This document shows, piece by piece, positions 55,791-64,000 of a stretch of 64,000 bases of DNA (position 1 is its first letter; every line of letters begins with the position of its first letter). A program made the position numbers and the translations under genes. The notes beneath the pieces were generated by a model, which did not search any database, was not told where the DNA came from, and saw nothing but the letters and a program-made list of their open reading frames with translations. The DNA lies in contig JAQVBU010000008.1 of NCBI GenBank assembly GCA_028690155.1, forward strand, positions 7,593 through 71,592. Direction: 5' to 3'. Source of the DNA: Alphaproteobacteria bacterium. Its GTDB lineage: Bacteria > Pseudomonadota > Alphaproteobacteria > UBA9219.

Positions 55791-56023
55791 CGCGCGGTTT
55801 TGAGCAGTCTCCCGAGGAAGAAGCACCCTCCGAGCGAGTTGTCGTCTACTGCGGCTTCCTGCGGGAAACGGAGGTCGAAACGTTCGCCGAGGTGATTGGC
55901 GGAATAGCAGGGCGGATCGCTTGTCTTGAATGCGGCGGGAGTGGTGTTTGGGACTTCGGGTATGACGGCCCGCAGGTTTGCGTTAGTTGCAAAGGAACCG
56001 GCAAGCAATACGTGTCGATTTGA
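55787..56023 (+). CDS. small zinc-ribbon protein
   Basis: CLECGGSG...CVSCKGTG. Confidence 0.3.
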   Translation: MTRGFEQSPEEEAPSERVVVYCGFLRETEVETFAEVIGGIAGRIACLECGGSGVWDFGYDGPQVCVSCKGTGKQYVSI

Positions 56024-56047
56024 CCGCCACCGGATAGAGAAGGAGGT

Positions 56048-56431
56048 ATGAAAATGAAAGAAATCATTGCCCGCGTCCGAGACGTTGGCGGGGCCGCTGA
56101 ATGGACCGAAAGCGTGGTCGTTCCTGATGGGGTTGACGGCTCTGAGTACTTCGAGCGCTTGATCCAGACCTTCAACGATACATTCATGCCTGGCGAGCGA
56201 CCCCGAGAACTGATCCGTGTGGAGGAAATGCGAAAAAACGCAATAGGTAAACACGCATGGGAAAAGTCCTCACTCGTTACACAGCGCGACCGGCGCGGCC
56301 AATACGATGCGTACCGATGCAAGAACTGCGGGATCACCGGAAAGCGGCGCAGTTTGCCGTTCGCAATCGAACGGGACCCAAAGTATAAGGCGAAAAAGTA
56401 TGAGGGGTGCCCTGGAAGGGAGCAAGGATGA
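56048..56431 (+). CDS. hypothetical protein
   Basis: 127-aa ORF; C-terminal CKNCG...C. Confidence 0.3.
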   Translation: MKMKEIIARVRDVGGAAEWTESVVVPDGVDGSEYFERLIQTFNDTFMPGERPRELIRVEEMRKNAIGKHAWEKSSLVTQRDRRGQYDAYRCKNCGITGKRRSLPFAIERDPKYKAKKYEGCPGREQG

Positions 56432-56886
56432 TGATTCACGAACTCAAATGCTGGCCGGAATACTTTCAAGCCGTGAAATCCGGGGCTAAGACCTTTGAAG
56501 TACGCAAGAGGGATCGGGCGTATAAGGAGGGCGATATGCTGCGTCTGCGTGAATATGACCCCAAAACGCTGGAATATTCGGGCGACGAGATCACCCGCGA
56601 GATCGCCTACTTGCTCGATATGGCCTATCTCCCGGGCGATAACCTCCCGCATTTTGCGGGGTATGTGGTGATGGGATTGTCTTTGCCGGATGGTACTGTC
56701 GCTCTCCGCGTCGAAAACGAGAGATTGCGCACAGCACACTGGGAGATCATTGCTATACTCGAGGAAGAAGCCGATTTCCTCGGACGTATGGGTTGGAAGA
56801 TAACGCCGGACGACTTGCGCGCGTGGGCCAGCAAATCCCGCGCCGCGCTGGAGAAAGGGTTCGCCGATGGAAGCGCCAGCGAATAA
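56428..56886 (+). CDS. DUF3850 (ASCH/PUA-like) domain protein
   Basis: HELKCWPEYFQAVKSGAKTFEVRKRDRAYKEGD matches the DUF3850 N-terminus. Confidence 0.55.
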   Translation: MMIHELKCWPEYFQAVKSGAKTFEVRKRDRAYKEGDMLRLREYDPKTLEYSGDEITREIAYLLDMAYLPGDNLPHFAGYVVMGLSLPDGTVALRVENERLRTAHWEIIAILEEEADFLGRMGWKITPDDLRAWASKSRAALEKGFADGSASE

Positions 56887-57109
56887 GAAAACGGTCCATT
56901 ACTGTGCAAGATGCGGGAAAGAGATGCGATACGAGGATAAATGGATGCTGTACACATACAGCGTCCGGAAGGATAGGACATGGCGGAGGGAGGAATACAC
57001 CCGACCGTTTGCCATGATGAAGATCAACCTTTGTGCAGGGTGCGCGTATCATCTCGAAAGAATCATCAAAGCCGAATGTACGGCGCTGGTGACGGAGGGT
57101 GAAAAATGA
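56867..57109 (+). CDS. small zinc-ribbon protein
   Basis: CARCGKEM...CAGCAYH. Confidence 0.3.
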   Translation: MEAPANKKTVHYCARCGKEMRYEDKWMLYTYSVRKDRTWRREEYTRPFAMMKINLCAGCAYHLERIIKAECTALVTEGEK

Positions 57110-57645
57110 GCTACACAGAGATTTATGGGTTCAACTCGCGCGGCGAATGTGAATGGATGGCCGAGATCAGGAACGCATGGCGCGGTGCGATGGCCGTCTG
57201 GCAAGACCTTGAGAAGCGCTACCTGACGCCGGTGCGATACGGTACCCGTCTCCTTTCTTTTCGGAATGACACCTCAAAAGAGGTCTGGGAACTGTTCTAC
57301 GATCCGCGCCTTTCCGAGACGGAGCGCATCGTCATGGGTACGACATTAGATAACGTGTTGGTTCGGGCGTCTGATGCCACTCGCATCCTCGAGGCCTTTC
57401 GCGCCTATCCCGGTGAAACCAACCTAAAAAAACAGGCCGACGCCATTGAGCAGCTTTGTGCTGATGGCGATTGCACTGCCATTGGTTGGAACCAGACCAG
57501 TGTTTCCGGGGATACATGGGCAAATGCGGGTGGATTCGACGAGGAAAAAGACGAGTCCATACCCTACAACTTCTTGACGATGGACAAGCACTGGTGGCTC
57601 TTTGATGAGGAAGGGCGGCTTCCGGAAAAGGAGGACGAGGAATGA
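57106..57645 (+). CDS. hypothetical protein
   Basis: 179-aa ORF. Confidence 0.3.
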   Translation: MSYTEIYGFNSRGECEWMAEIRNAWRGAMAVWQDLEKRYLTPVRYGTRLLSFRNDTSKEVWELFYDPRLSETERIVMGTTLDNVLVRASDATRILEAFRAYPGETNLKKQADAIEQLCADGDCTAIGWNQTSVSGDTWANAGGFDEEKDESIPYNFLTMDKHWWLFDEEGRLPEKEDEE

Positions 57646-57983
57646 AGATTTATTTCTACGGTTCGAGTGACGATTGCATCGAGGTCGAATGCGGAGAAAC
57701 ATGCGACGTCTCCGACGAGTACAACGCCTACGATTGCCCCGGATGGTTGGAGGTAAAGACCCCGAGCGGTGACGGCCTGATGGTGTTCGCGCACTACGCG
57801 CCGAATGGGTTCCCCGATGGAACGTGGGTGCTGGGTGTAACATTGCTCGCAGAGGATCACCCTCTCCCCGACTGGCCGATCAGTTACGCGACAGCGGAAA
57901 ATGGATATAGCCCGGTACTCATCATCGACGCGCCAGAGGATGTGATTGTATCCGAACGCGAAAAGGAAGGTGCCCGATGGTAA
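57642..57983 (+). CDS. hypothetical protein
   Basis: 113-aa ORF. Confidence 0.3.
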   Translation: MKIYFYGSSDDCIEVECGETCDVSDEYNAYDCPGWLEVKTPSGDGLMVFAHYAPNGFPDGTWVLGVTLLAEDHPLPDWPISYATAENGYSPVLIIDAPEDVIVSEREKEGARW

Positions 57984-58165
57984 AGTATGCCACGATTTCG
58001 TGTCCGTTGTGCGGAACCGCCATCACGCTTCGGATATACTTCCGGCTGTTCGGCAGATTCTCATGCCACGTATGCGGCGCAAAGGGCTTCGGACCGGTCT
58101 TCAAGCAGGGGAAGAAGCAGATGCAGGATCGGGACATCATCGCGGATGTGCGCGACAAGAAATGA
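57977..58165 (+). CDS. small zinc-ribbon protein
   Basis: CPLCG...CHVCG. Confidence 0.3.
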   Translation: MVKYATISCPLCGTAITLRIYFRLFGRFSCHVCGAKGFGPVFKQGKKQMQDRDIIADVRDKK

Positions 58166-58182
58166 TACGAGGAGGGTGTGAA

Positions 58183-58866
58183 ATGGACTGGCTTGACGAG
58201 ATCGAAGCATGTGCGAATGCAGCAACTCCGGGTCCGTGGGAGCAGCGCTTAAACATTCCGTGGAACAAAAGACTCGGCGTCGAGCCGAATATCGCATTCT
58301 GTCAAGAGGAAAGAGACGCAGCCTTCATCGCGCCCTGCAGAGCAAATGTCCCGAGGCTCATCGCCGAGGTCAGGCGGCTGCGCGACTTGGCAAAGCCTAT
58401 CACCGGAGAGACATCCGATGGATACCACACCTTCAACGAACTCTACCTCCATCGGGCGGTATTGTTCAGTGTGATATGCAATCACCGGCCCGATCTGGCG
58501 TGGAAATCAAAGCTACATCACGATGGCACAATGTATGAAGACATGTTCATTGTCGGTATCCAGACACCGGGAGGACAGGCGACATACCACTACGACATCG
58601 AGCCATATTGGGATATGTTCAAGGTCAAGGAACTGCCCCAAGCGCCTGAATGGGACGGACATACGCCGGGGGATGCGATTGCACGGATTGGGGCGCTTTC
58701 CGCCGAAGTCGTGCGGCATGGGCGGTGGATTATGGAGGTTGCGCCGTGGGGTGGGGCAAGTGGAGAATGGAGATGTTCCGTGTGTAATACGTGGACAAAT
58801 GTGGAGGGATACGCTTTTTGTCCCTCATGTGGGGTCCGGATGGACGAGAAGGAGGTGTCGAAATGA
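58183..58866 (+). CDS. Ead/Ea22-like protein
   Basis: ATG after GAGGAGGG; N-terminal ACANAATPGPWEQR motif; C-terminal zinc ribbon. Confidence 0.5.
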   Translation: MDWLDEIEACANAATPGPWEQRLNIPWNKRLGVEPNIAFCQEERDAAFIAPCRANVPRLIAEVRRLRDLAKPITGETSDGYHTFNELYLHRAVLFSVICNHRPDLAWKSKLHHDGTMYEDMFIVGIQTPGGQATYHYDIEPYWDMFKVKELPQAPEWDGHTPGDAIARIGALSAEVVRHGRWIMEVAPWGGASGEWRCSVCNTWTNVEGYAFCPSCGVRMDEKEVSK

Positions 58867-59096
58867 GACGATATTTTGATCTCCCTGATGCCCGCAATAC
58901 TCTGGCAATCGACTGCGAAGCTGGATCGCCGGCTGCTCTCGCCCCTGCGGAAAAAATCGCCGCTCATTTTAAGCAACCTGGGCGCATCCGCGAGATTGAG
59001 CGGTATGAATACATTCGCTTGACGCGGCAGTATGCCGGGCACAAAATACCGGACGATTGGGTACCTGGACAGGAGGCGCGGCATGCCAAGCATTGA
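58863..59096 (+). CDS. hypothetical protein
   Basis: ATGA overlap with the upstream stop. Confidence 0.3.
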   Translation: MRRYFDLPDARNTLAIDCEAGSPAALAPAEKIAAHFKQPGRIREIERYEYIRLTRQYAGHKIPDDWVPGQEARHAKH

Positions 59097-59283
59097 CGGT
59101 TTCCAATGTGAACACAAGTGGGTGCACCTGTCCACGCATTACGATCGAAAGAGCAATGGCTACGTGATCATGTACACCAAGTTAGATACATTCTTCTGCG
59201 AGAAGTGCTGCGAAACAAGGGAAATCAAGCGCGAGGGACAGGGGTATTCGAGCGATCCGGAACCGATCTGGTGGCGACATTGA
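59083..59283 (+). CDS. small zinc-finger protein
   Basis: ATG after CAGGAGG; CEHKW...CEKCC. Confidence 0.3.
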   Translation: MPSIDGFQCEHKWVHLSTHYDRKSNGYVIMYTKLDTFFCEKCCETREIKREGQGYSSDPEPIWWRH

Positions 59284-59296
59284 AGGAGGATGCAAA

Positions 59297-60466
59297 ATGA
59301 ACCCACTCGCAACAGAGGCTCGTGCGCTGTGTCAAGGTGCAACAGAGGGTCCGTGGCGTGCCGGAAGGTCGGATATGGGGACCTATGTTGACGGATACGA
59401 ATCAAAATGGATATATGCTGGCGAGCCCACCGGGAAGAGCAAGTATCTAGCCGTGTCATCCGGATACGAAATCAAGGAATGGGACGAGGTCATGGCGAAC
59501 GCACACCTGATCGCTCGCTCCCGTACCCTGATCCCCGAGATGGCCGACGAGATCGAAAGGCTGGAAAAAGAATTGTCCTTTGAGCGCAATAAGTCGCGCC
59601 TCACGCGTCCTATTGTACTTGACGGACAGTCTGCAGAGAACTTCTCCCACGTGATCGAGTTGGGAGAACTGCGCGAAGAAAACGAACGGCTCTCGGCTGC
59701 ATTGAAACTGGCACAGGCCTTACATGCCGACCGCAAAAGCGAGATTGACCGGATGAAGGAGGAGGCATTAGAGAAGGCGACGGAAGTCATGGAGGCCGAG
59801 GGTAATTTCAACGGTACGGATACTGGTTTCGTGATGTCGAGGGCAATCTGCTGTACGGGCGAGACGTGGCCATCACCGCGCCGGAAGAAGAAGCTCATGG
59901 ATAGGTTGACTAAGAAGTATGCAGGTGGCTATGGACTTGTGAAGGTCAGGGACAACGAGCAAGACCTTGAGAGTCCGTATCCCAACACCCTGCGCGCTTG
60001 CTTTGAAAGCTGGCAACGGCTCGCCGCCTACGAGGACACCGGCTTGATGCCGGAGGACATCATGCGCCTTGACGCTACGGCACGGTGCAACGCGAACATG
60101 CACGCTCGCCTGTCCGAGAGGTTGCTGAAACAGGAGGAGCGCACGCACAAAGCCCGTTGCCAGCGCGACAAGGCGCGAGCAGAGGCTGAGCAGTGGCGCA
60201 ACGCCTTCTCAACTGCGGAGGCAATCAGCATCGACCTTGCCGAGAATTTGAAATACATGACAAACGAAGCCAGTCAATACCACGCCGACATCGAGGCGGG
60301 GCGGCTGGTGAGTTTGCCCAACGAACTGATAGCCCCATACGAACTTAACGAGCGGTATTGGGTTTGCGGATGGGATGCAGATGATTGCACCTTGACCATA
60401 CAAGATCGCGCGCTAAAAAGCAAGGCCGAGGCACGCGCCGCGCTGGAAGGAGAAGATTTGACATGA
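59297..60466 (+). CDS. Ead/Ea22-like protein with long coiled-coil
   Basis: N-terminal ALCQGATEGPWRAG; central coiled coil; LAAYEDTGLMPEDI motif. Confidence 0.5.
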   Translation: MNPLATEARALCQGATEGPWRAGRSDMGTYVDGYESKWIYAGEPTGKSKYLAVSSGYEIKEWDEVMANAHLIARSRTLIPEMADEIERLEKELSFERNKSRLTRPIVLDGQSAENFSHVIELGELREENERLSAALKLAQALHADRKSEIDRMKEEALEKATEVMEAEGNFNGTDTGFVMSRAICCTGETWPSPRRKKKLMDRLTKKYAGGYGLVKVRDNEQDLESPYPNTLRACFESWQRLAAYEDTGLMPEDIMRLDATARCNANMHARLSERLLKQEERTHKARCQRDKARAEAEQWRNAFSTAEAISIDLAENLKYMTNEASQYHADIEAGRLVSLPNELIAPYELNERYWVCGWDADDCTLTIQDRALKSKAEARAALEGEDLT

Positions 60467-60777
60467 CACGCGAGGAAGAAATCCGGGCGAGGTGCGAGGC
60501 AGAGGCGAAAAACCTACAGAGAAACCCGTTGGTGATGACAAGCGGCCCGAGAATTGAGAAGGTGCTAGAAGAAGATGTTCCCTACATGCTCGACGAGAAC
60601 GCCCGGTTGCGGGCGGAGCTTGAGGCGGCGAAGCGAGACATTCGGTTTGTGCTTCAAGGCAAGACTTACTGCATCTGCGACATCTGCTCGATTCGTAAGG
60701 GCGGAAACTGCGCGTGCAGATGCGAAGACGCGGACTGGCGCGGCCCGTGCGCCGAGAACGGAGGGGCAGATGCGTAA
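60463..60777 (+). CDS. hypothetical Cys-rich protein
   Basis: CICDICSIRKGGNCACRC. Confidence 0.3.
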   Translation: MTREEEIRARCEAEAKNLQRNPLVMTSGPRIEKVLEEDVPYMLDENARLRAELEAAKRDIRFVLQGKTYCICDICSIRKGGNCACRCEDADWRGPCAENGGADA

Positions 60778-60982
60778 GTGCGAAGCAAACGGAAAACCGG
60801 CGCTTTTCCATCGCTGGGCAGATGTCGCCTATACGGTTGGCGACGGGATTGCCATAGGAAGTGCGCCGGGTGGTCAAGTGATGTATCCCGTTGCGATTGT
60901 GGAATACGAAGACGGCGCGGTTGATCAAGTCAACCCTGTGCATGTCAGGTTCGTCGCCGAAAACGGAGGAAAAGATGCGTAA
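60771..60982 (+). CDS. hypothetical small protein
   Basis: 70-aa ORF. Confidence 0.25.
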
Positions 60983-61157
60983 CCCGTACAAAGTTGCCCG
61001 CGAGAGATTTTCCCCGTACTGGATGTTCATGGGGACTAGGAGAAAACTGTTCGCAATGCGCCTAGTCGCTGGCGAGATGTTCTGGGCGGCGGTCAGCGGC
61101 TGGTCGCGGCGGCTGCAGAAGAAGGTGTGCGAAAGCAAGAGGCGAGGAACAGGATGA
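60976..61157 (+). CDS. hypothetical small protein
   Basis: 60-aa ORF. Confidence 0.2.
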
Positions 61158-61336
61158 AGCGGAAAGCCGACATGTCTAAGCCGTGGAATCGTGTTTGCGG
61201 CAAGTGCCGGTATTTTGGGTTTTGCCGGTTATGCTCAAATCGAGATGGCCCACGGTGGGGCGAAACAGTAACGTGGACTATGCGATGCAAAGCATTCGAG
61301 GCAGATGACAAGCATGGAGGTGGAGAGGGTGGATGA
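61154..61336 (+). CDS. small zinc-ribbon protein
   Basis: CGKCRYFGFCRLC. Confidence 0.25.
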   Translation: MKRKADMSKPWNRVCGKCRYFGFCRLCSNRDGPRWGETVTWTMRCKAFEADDKHGGGEGG

Positions 61337-61922
61337 CGCGACGATCGTCAAGACGCTACGGGCATGCGGGAGCGGGAAATCCGCATGCGACGAATGCCAT
61401 TTCAACAAGCTCGAGCGGGAGCACTACTTCCCGGAGTGCCTATTTGTTGCTTTGCGTACCGCCGCCTACCGCCTCGCAGAGTTGGACGCAGAAAACAAGC
61501 GGCTCAAAGACGATCTATTTGCTGCACGCTCCGAGGCGGCAGGCGCAGGTGCCCAGGCAGAGCGAGGATGGCGGAGTTTTGATGATGTGGTGGCGCAGCG
61601 CGACGAGGCGCGAGCCGAGGTGGACAAGCTACGGGTAGAAAACAGCGCCGGGAAACGCCTTTTTGCGGCTCTCGAAAGCGAGCTGTACGGCAATGAAAGC
61701 TGGAGGCGCAATGCGCGTCAAAACGTTTACGGGGTTGCCTGCGCAATGGCGGGATATCGCGCCGAAATCGGAATACCCCCTCGGTGGGGATGCGGCACAG
61801 GTGTCCCGTGCGCCGAAGCGCCCGCCCTCTCCCCTTCTCGCCCGCCTGACAATTACATCGGCGAATCCGCCGTGGAATACGGTGCGCCATTCGACGAGCC
61901 AATCCCGGAAGTTACTCAATGA
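61305..61922 (+). CDS. hypothetical protein with coiled-coil
   Basis: 205-aa ORF; CGSGKSACDECH. Confidence 0.3.
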   Translation: MTSMEVERVDDATIVKTLRACGSGKSACDECHFNKLEREHYFPECLFVALRTAAYRLAELDAENKRLKDDLFAARSEAAGAGAQAERGWRSFDDVVAQRDEARAEVDKLRVENSAGKRLFAALESELYGNESWRRNARQNVYGVACAMAGYRAEIGIPPRWGCGTGVPCAEAPALSPSRPPDNYIGESAVEYGAPFDEPIPEVTQ

Positions 61923-61976
61923 GAGACGCGGATTGCCGTTCGGCTATCCGGAATCCGCTCCAATACTTCCTCGCAA

Positions 61977-62642
61977 ATGAAGAATGGAGGCAATAGCATG
62001 TACGATAAATGCTACGAATACGAAAACTGCATCTCTGTGGAGGGGATCGTTACGGAAGGACTAACCCGAAGCCACGAGGCGTTTGGGCGGGTTTTCTACA
62101 AGGGAACCATCGACGTCCCCCGTCTGTCCGGCTATGTGGATATGATACCGTTCATTTGCCAAGACAGTATGCTTTCGGAAGCAGCGCTCAAAAGCGTCTT
62201 CCGCAATGCCGCCGTGCGGCTGGAAGGCGAGATTCGCACGTACAAGATGCCGAACATCGAGTATCCCCGCCTGATGGTCGCAATGTATGTCCGGTCATTT
62301 CAAATGATTGGACGCGACAACCTCGAGCAAAGCGCAAAGAACAGTGTGATCCTTTCTGGGGCGATCTGCCAGAATCCCATATTTCGCCATACAGCACTTG
62401 GCCGAGACGTATGTGAACTGAAAATCGCAGTTGCCCGCGCCGTAGGTCAGAAGTCCGACTACATACCTTGCATTGCATGGGCGGGAAACGCGAAAGAAGC
62501 GGCGGCATTTACCGTTGGAACGTATGTCCGCGCGACTGGACGCTTTCAGTCGAGGCCCTATACAAAAGACAAAGGCGACGGGAAAAGCGAGCAGCGCTGC
62601 GCGTACGAGGTTTCGCTGTTTCGGCTTTCTAGGGATTCGTGA
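61977..62642 (+). CDS. hypothetical protein (possible OB-fold ssDNA-binding)
   Basis: 221-aa ORF; weak SSB/PriB-like pattern only. Confidence 0.25.
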   Translation: MKNGGNSMYDKCYEYENCISVEGIVTEGLTRSHEAFGRVFYKGTIDVPRLSGYVDMIPFICQDSMLSEAALKSVFRNAAVRLEGEIRTYKMPNIEYPRLMVAMYVRSFQMIGRDNLEQSAKNSVILSGAICQNPIFRHTALGRDVCELKIAVARAVGQKSDYIPCIAWAGNAKEAAAFTVGTYVRATGRFQSRPYTKDKGDGKSEQRCAYEVSLFRLSRDS

Positions 62643-62787
62643 CACGATACGCACATAGCGGGCTGCTTTGCCCGCTTTTCTTATGTTAATTTACTGGCTA
62701 ATTACTTTTTGTAGTTGACAGAAAGTATACATCGTGGTAAGATAAGAATGAACAAAGGCACTGACCCAAGACAAGGAGGGACGAGCA

Positions 62788-62970
62788 ATGAAGCAGGAGA
62801 TCAACGCCTCCACCATCCGGGAGATCATCGGCCGCGAGATTGGCGAGTACGCTTTCGGCCACACGAAGGTTAGCGTGGACAAGACTGCGACCGGCATGGA
62901 TGTTTGGGTCTACGGTGACTACTACGGGCACTACGACTTCCGGAAGGGCAAGTTCACGAACGTCAAGTGA
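62788..62970 (+). CDS. hypothetical small protein
   Basis: 60-aa ORF with an AAGGAGG RBS. Confidence 0.3.
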   Translation: MKQEINASTIREIIGREIGEYAFGHTKVSVDKTATGMDVWVYGDYYGHYDFRKGKFTNVK

Positions 62971-63177
62971 GCGCAGCACCGCCCGATTCGCGACGCTAAG
63001 GAGGCATTTGAAATGACAGTTCGCCAGAAGTTGGCACTAATGGATGAAATCAGGAGAGCGAACGACGAGCGTGTAGCTCAATTCCTCGCCAAAGACACAA
63101 GGAGCTTCGCAGATAGGTGCCCGAGATGCACGGTAACGGCAAGCGGCAAGACGAAAAAGCAAGGGAGGCAAGCCAAA

Positions 63178-63797
63178 TGAAGGTCGCATCAATCAAGGAA
63201 GCATGGGAGAAGGCGAACGAGGTTTTCCCCACCGACTACATCAAGGATGAAAATTCCAGCGAGCGCGCCGGATACCCGATCTTCCGTTCGACGGCCGAAG
63301 GCCACTACTACGACTACATCTGCGACCTTGGCTGCCGGCTGGAAGTCAATCTTTCCGATGGAAACGTGGTCAACATCTGGATCGAAGCCGATAAGCGCGA
63401 CTTGAGAATATTTGAGCTGGAAAAGCAAGTTGCGAAGCTGACCGCCACGCTGGAGAAGGAATTGGATTGGAAGCCCCATGAGAGCGAGCGCAATGTCGCC
63501 CAGGCGGAGTATCAAAGGCTGGTGGATGGTGTTCCTGGCGGCTCTGCGTATTACATGGCTGACAATGATGCGATAGACTGGATTTGCAAGGAGTTCGACT
63601 TCGATCCCAAGAAAATCACCATCATTCACGAGATCGACGCGGAAGAAATCAATCGGCATCGTCAATGCCGCACAACGGGCAAGAAGATCGACCGCCGCCC
63701 TGTCTACTGCGCCACGGACTATCACTATATCAGGTTCAACACGACGCGGTGGTATTACGAAGTTTGGAACGGTCAGCTTAGAGAGTTCTATTGCTGA
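63178..63797 (+). CDS. hypothetical protein
   Basis: ATG after an AGGGAGG-like RBS; 206 aa. Confidence 0.35.
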
Positions 63798-63856
63798 TCA
63801 CCATCCGAGGGGGGCGGCCTCCGCCGTCCCCCTGACCCGAAAGGAGCATTGACCAT

Positions 63857-64000
63857 GAAAGCATTGTCAGTATTCGTTTACCGCAATTCCTGCCTCGGAG
63901 ACTGCACGAATGGTGGAATATCCGCAAAGCATGACCGACTGCTCGTTCTGTGCAAGGATGGCAATGTCACAATAGACGAAGAAAACCCGCCTGAGAACCT
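63857..64000 (+). CDS. hypothetical protein (partial, continues beyond the window end)
   Basis: ATG after AAAGGAG; open to the end of the window. Confidence 0.3.

Noticed and set aside
1-64000. CRISPR arrays, IS elements/transposases, rRNA genes
   Set aside because: No regularly spaced short repeats, no DDE/serine transposase-like ORFs and no rRNA-like segments were seen.

Overview
The window reads as one contiguous stretch of a large (>64 kb) temperate siphovirus-like phage genome. GC content is about 58 percent and GGAGG ribosome-binding sites suggest a Firmicutes/Clostridia-type host.

Left arm, all on the minus strand, transcribed right to left from ~40.8 kb to position 1:
- an early region with several HTH regulators;
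- a replication/recombination module: DnaD-like replisome organiser, DnaC-like loader, a fused SbcD-SbcC nuclease of 1275 aa, SSB, RecU;
- a nucleic-acid-modification island: two radical SAM proteins, a Gp37/Gp68 (DUF5131) protein, a YkgJ-type Fe-S protein, a gamma-class N6-adenine methyltransferase, a MazG-like protein, a SpoU/TrmL RNA methyltransferase, and a Dam methylase broken by a homopolymer frameshift;
- three free-standing HNH endonucleases and many small Cys-rich proteins;
- two tandem ParB-like/PAPS-reductase-like (IbrAB-like) gene pairs plus a polytopic membrane protein;
- an SPP1-like packaging and head module: TerS, TerL, portal, MuF-like protein with a C-terminal extension, XkdF-like protease-scaffold, major capsid protein (partial, continues past position 1).

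Centre (40-44.6 kb), the lysogeny module: two divergent switch regions, a cI-like repressor, a tyrosine integrase and an apparently intact attP. The attP consists of a tRNA 3' fragment core flanked by 21-bp arm-type direct repeats in an AT-rich stretch, which argues that the phage is not integrated at this site.

One promoter-operator cassette, TTGACA-N17-TATAAT with a GCCCC-N5-GGGGC palindrome in the spacer, occurs four times and appears to define the repressor regulon.

Right arm, plus strand:
- a tRNA-Gly;
- an ORF-free, structured 1.3 kb region containing tRNA-like elements;
- a DUF2828-like protein with a vWA domain, which may be a Ro60/TROVE-like ribonucleoprotein paired with Y-RNA-like tRNA mimics;
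- a tRNA-Asn-like gene carrying a 39-nt insertion;
- an accessory region: DnaN sliding clamp, a truncated C5-methyltransferase-like gene, a PD-(D/E)xK protein, an AAA ATPase, a Lar-like protein, two Ead/Ea22-like proteins, a DUF3850 protein and many small zinc-ribbon proteins.

No rRNA, CRISPR array or transposase was seen.
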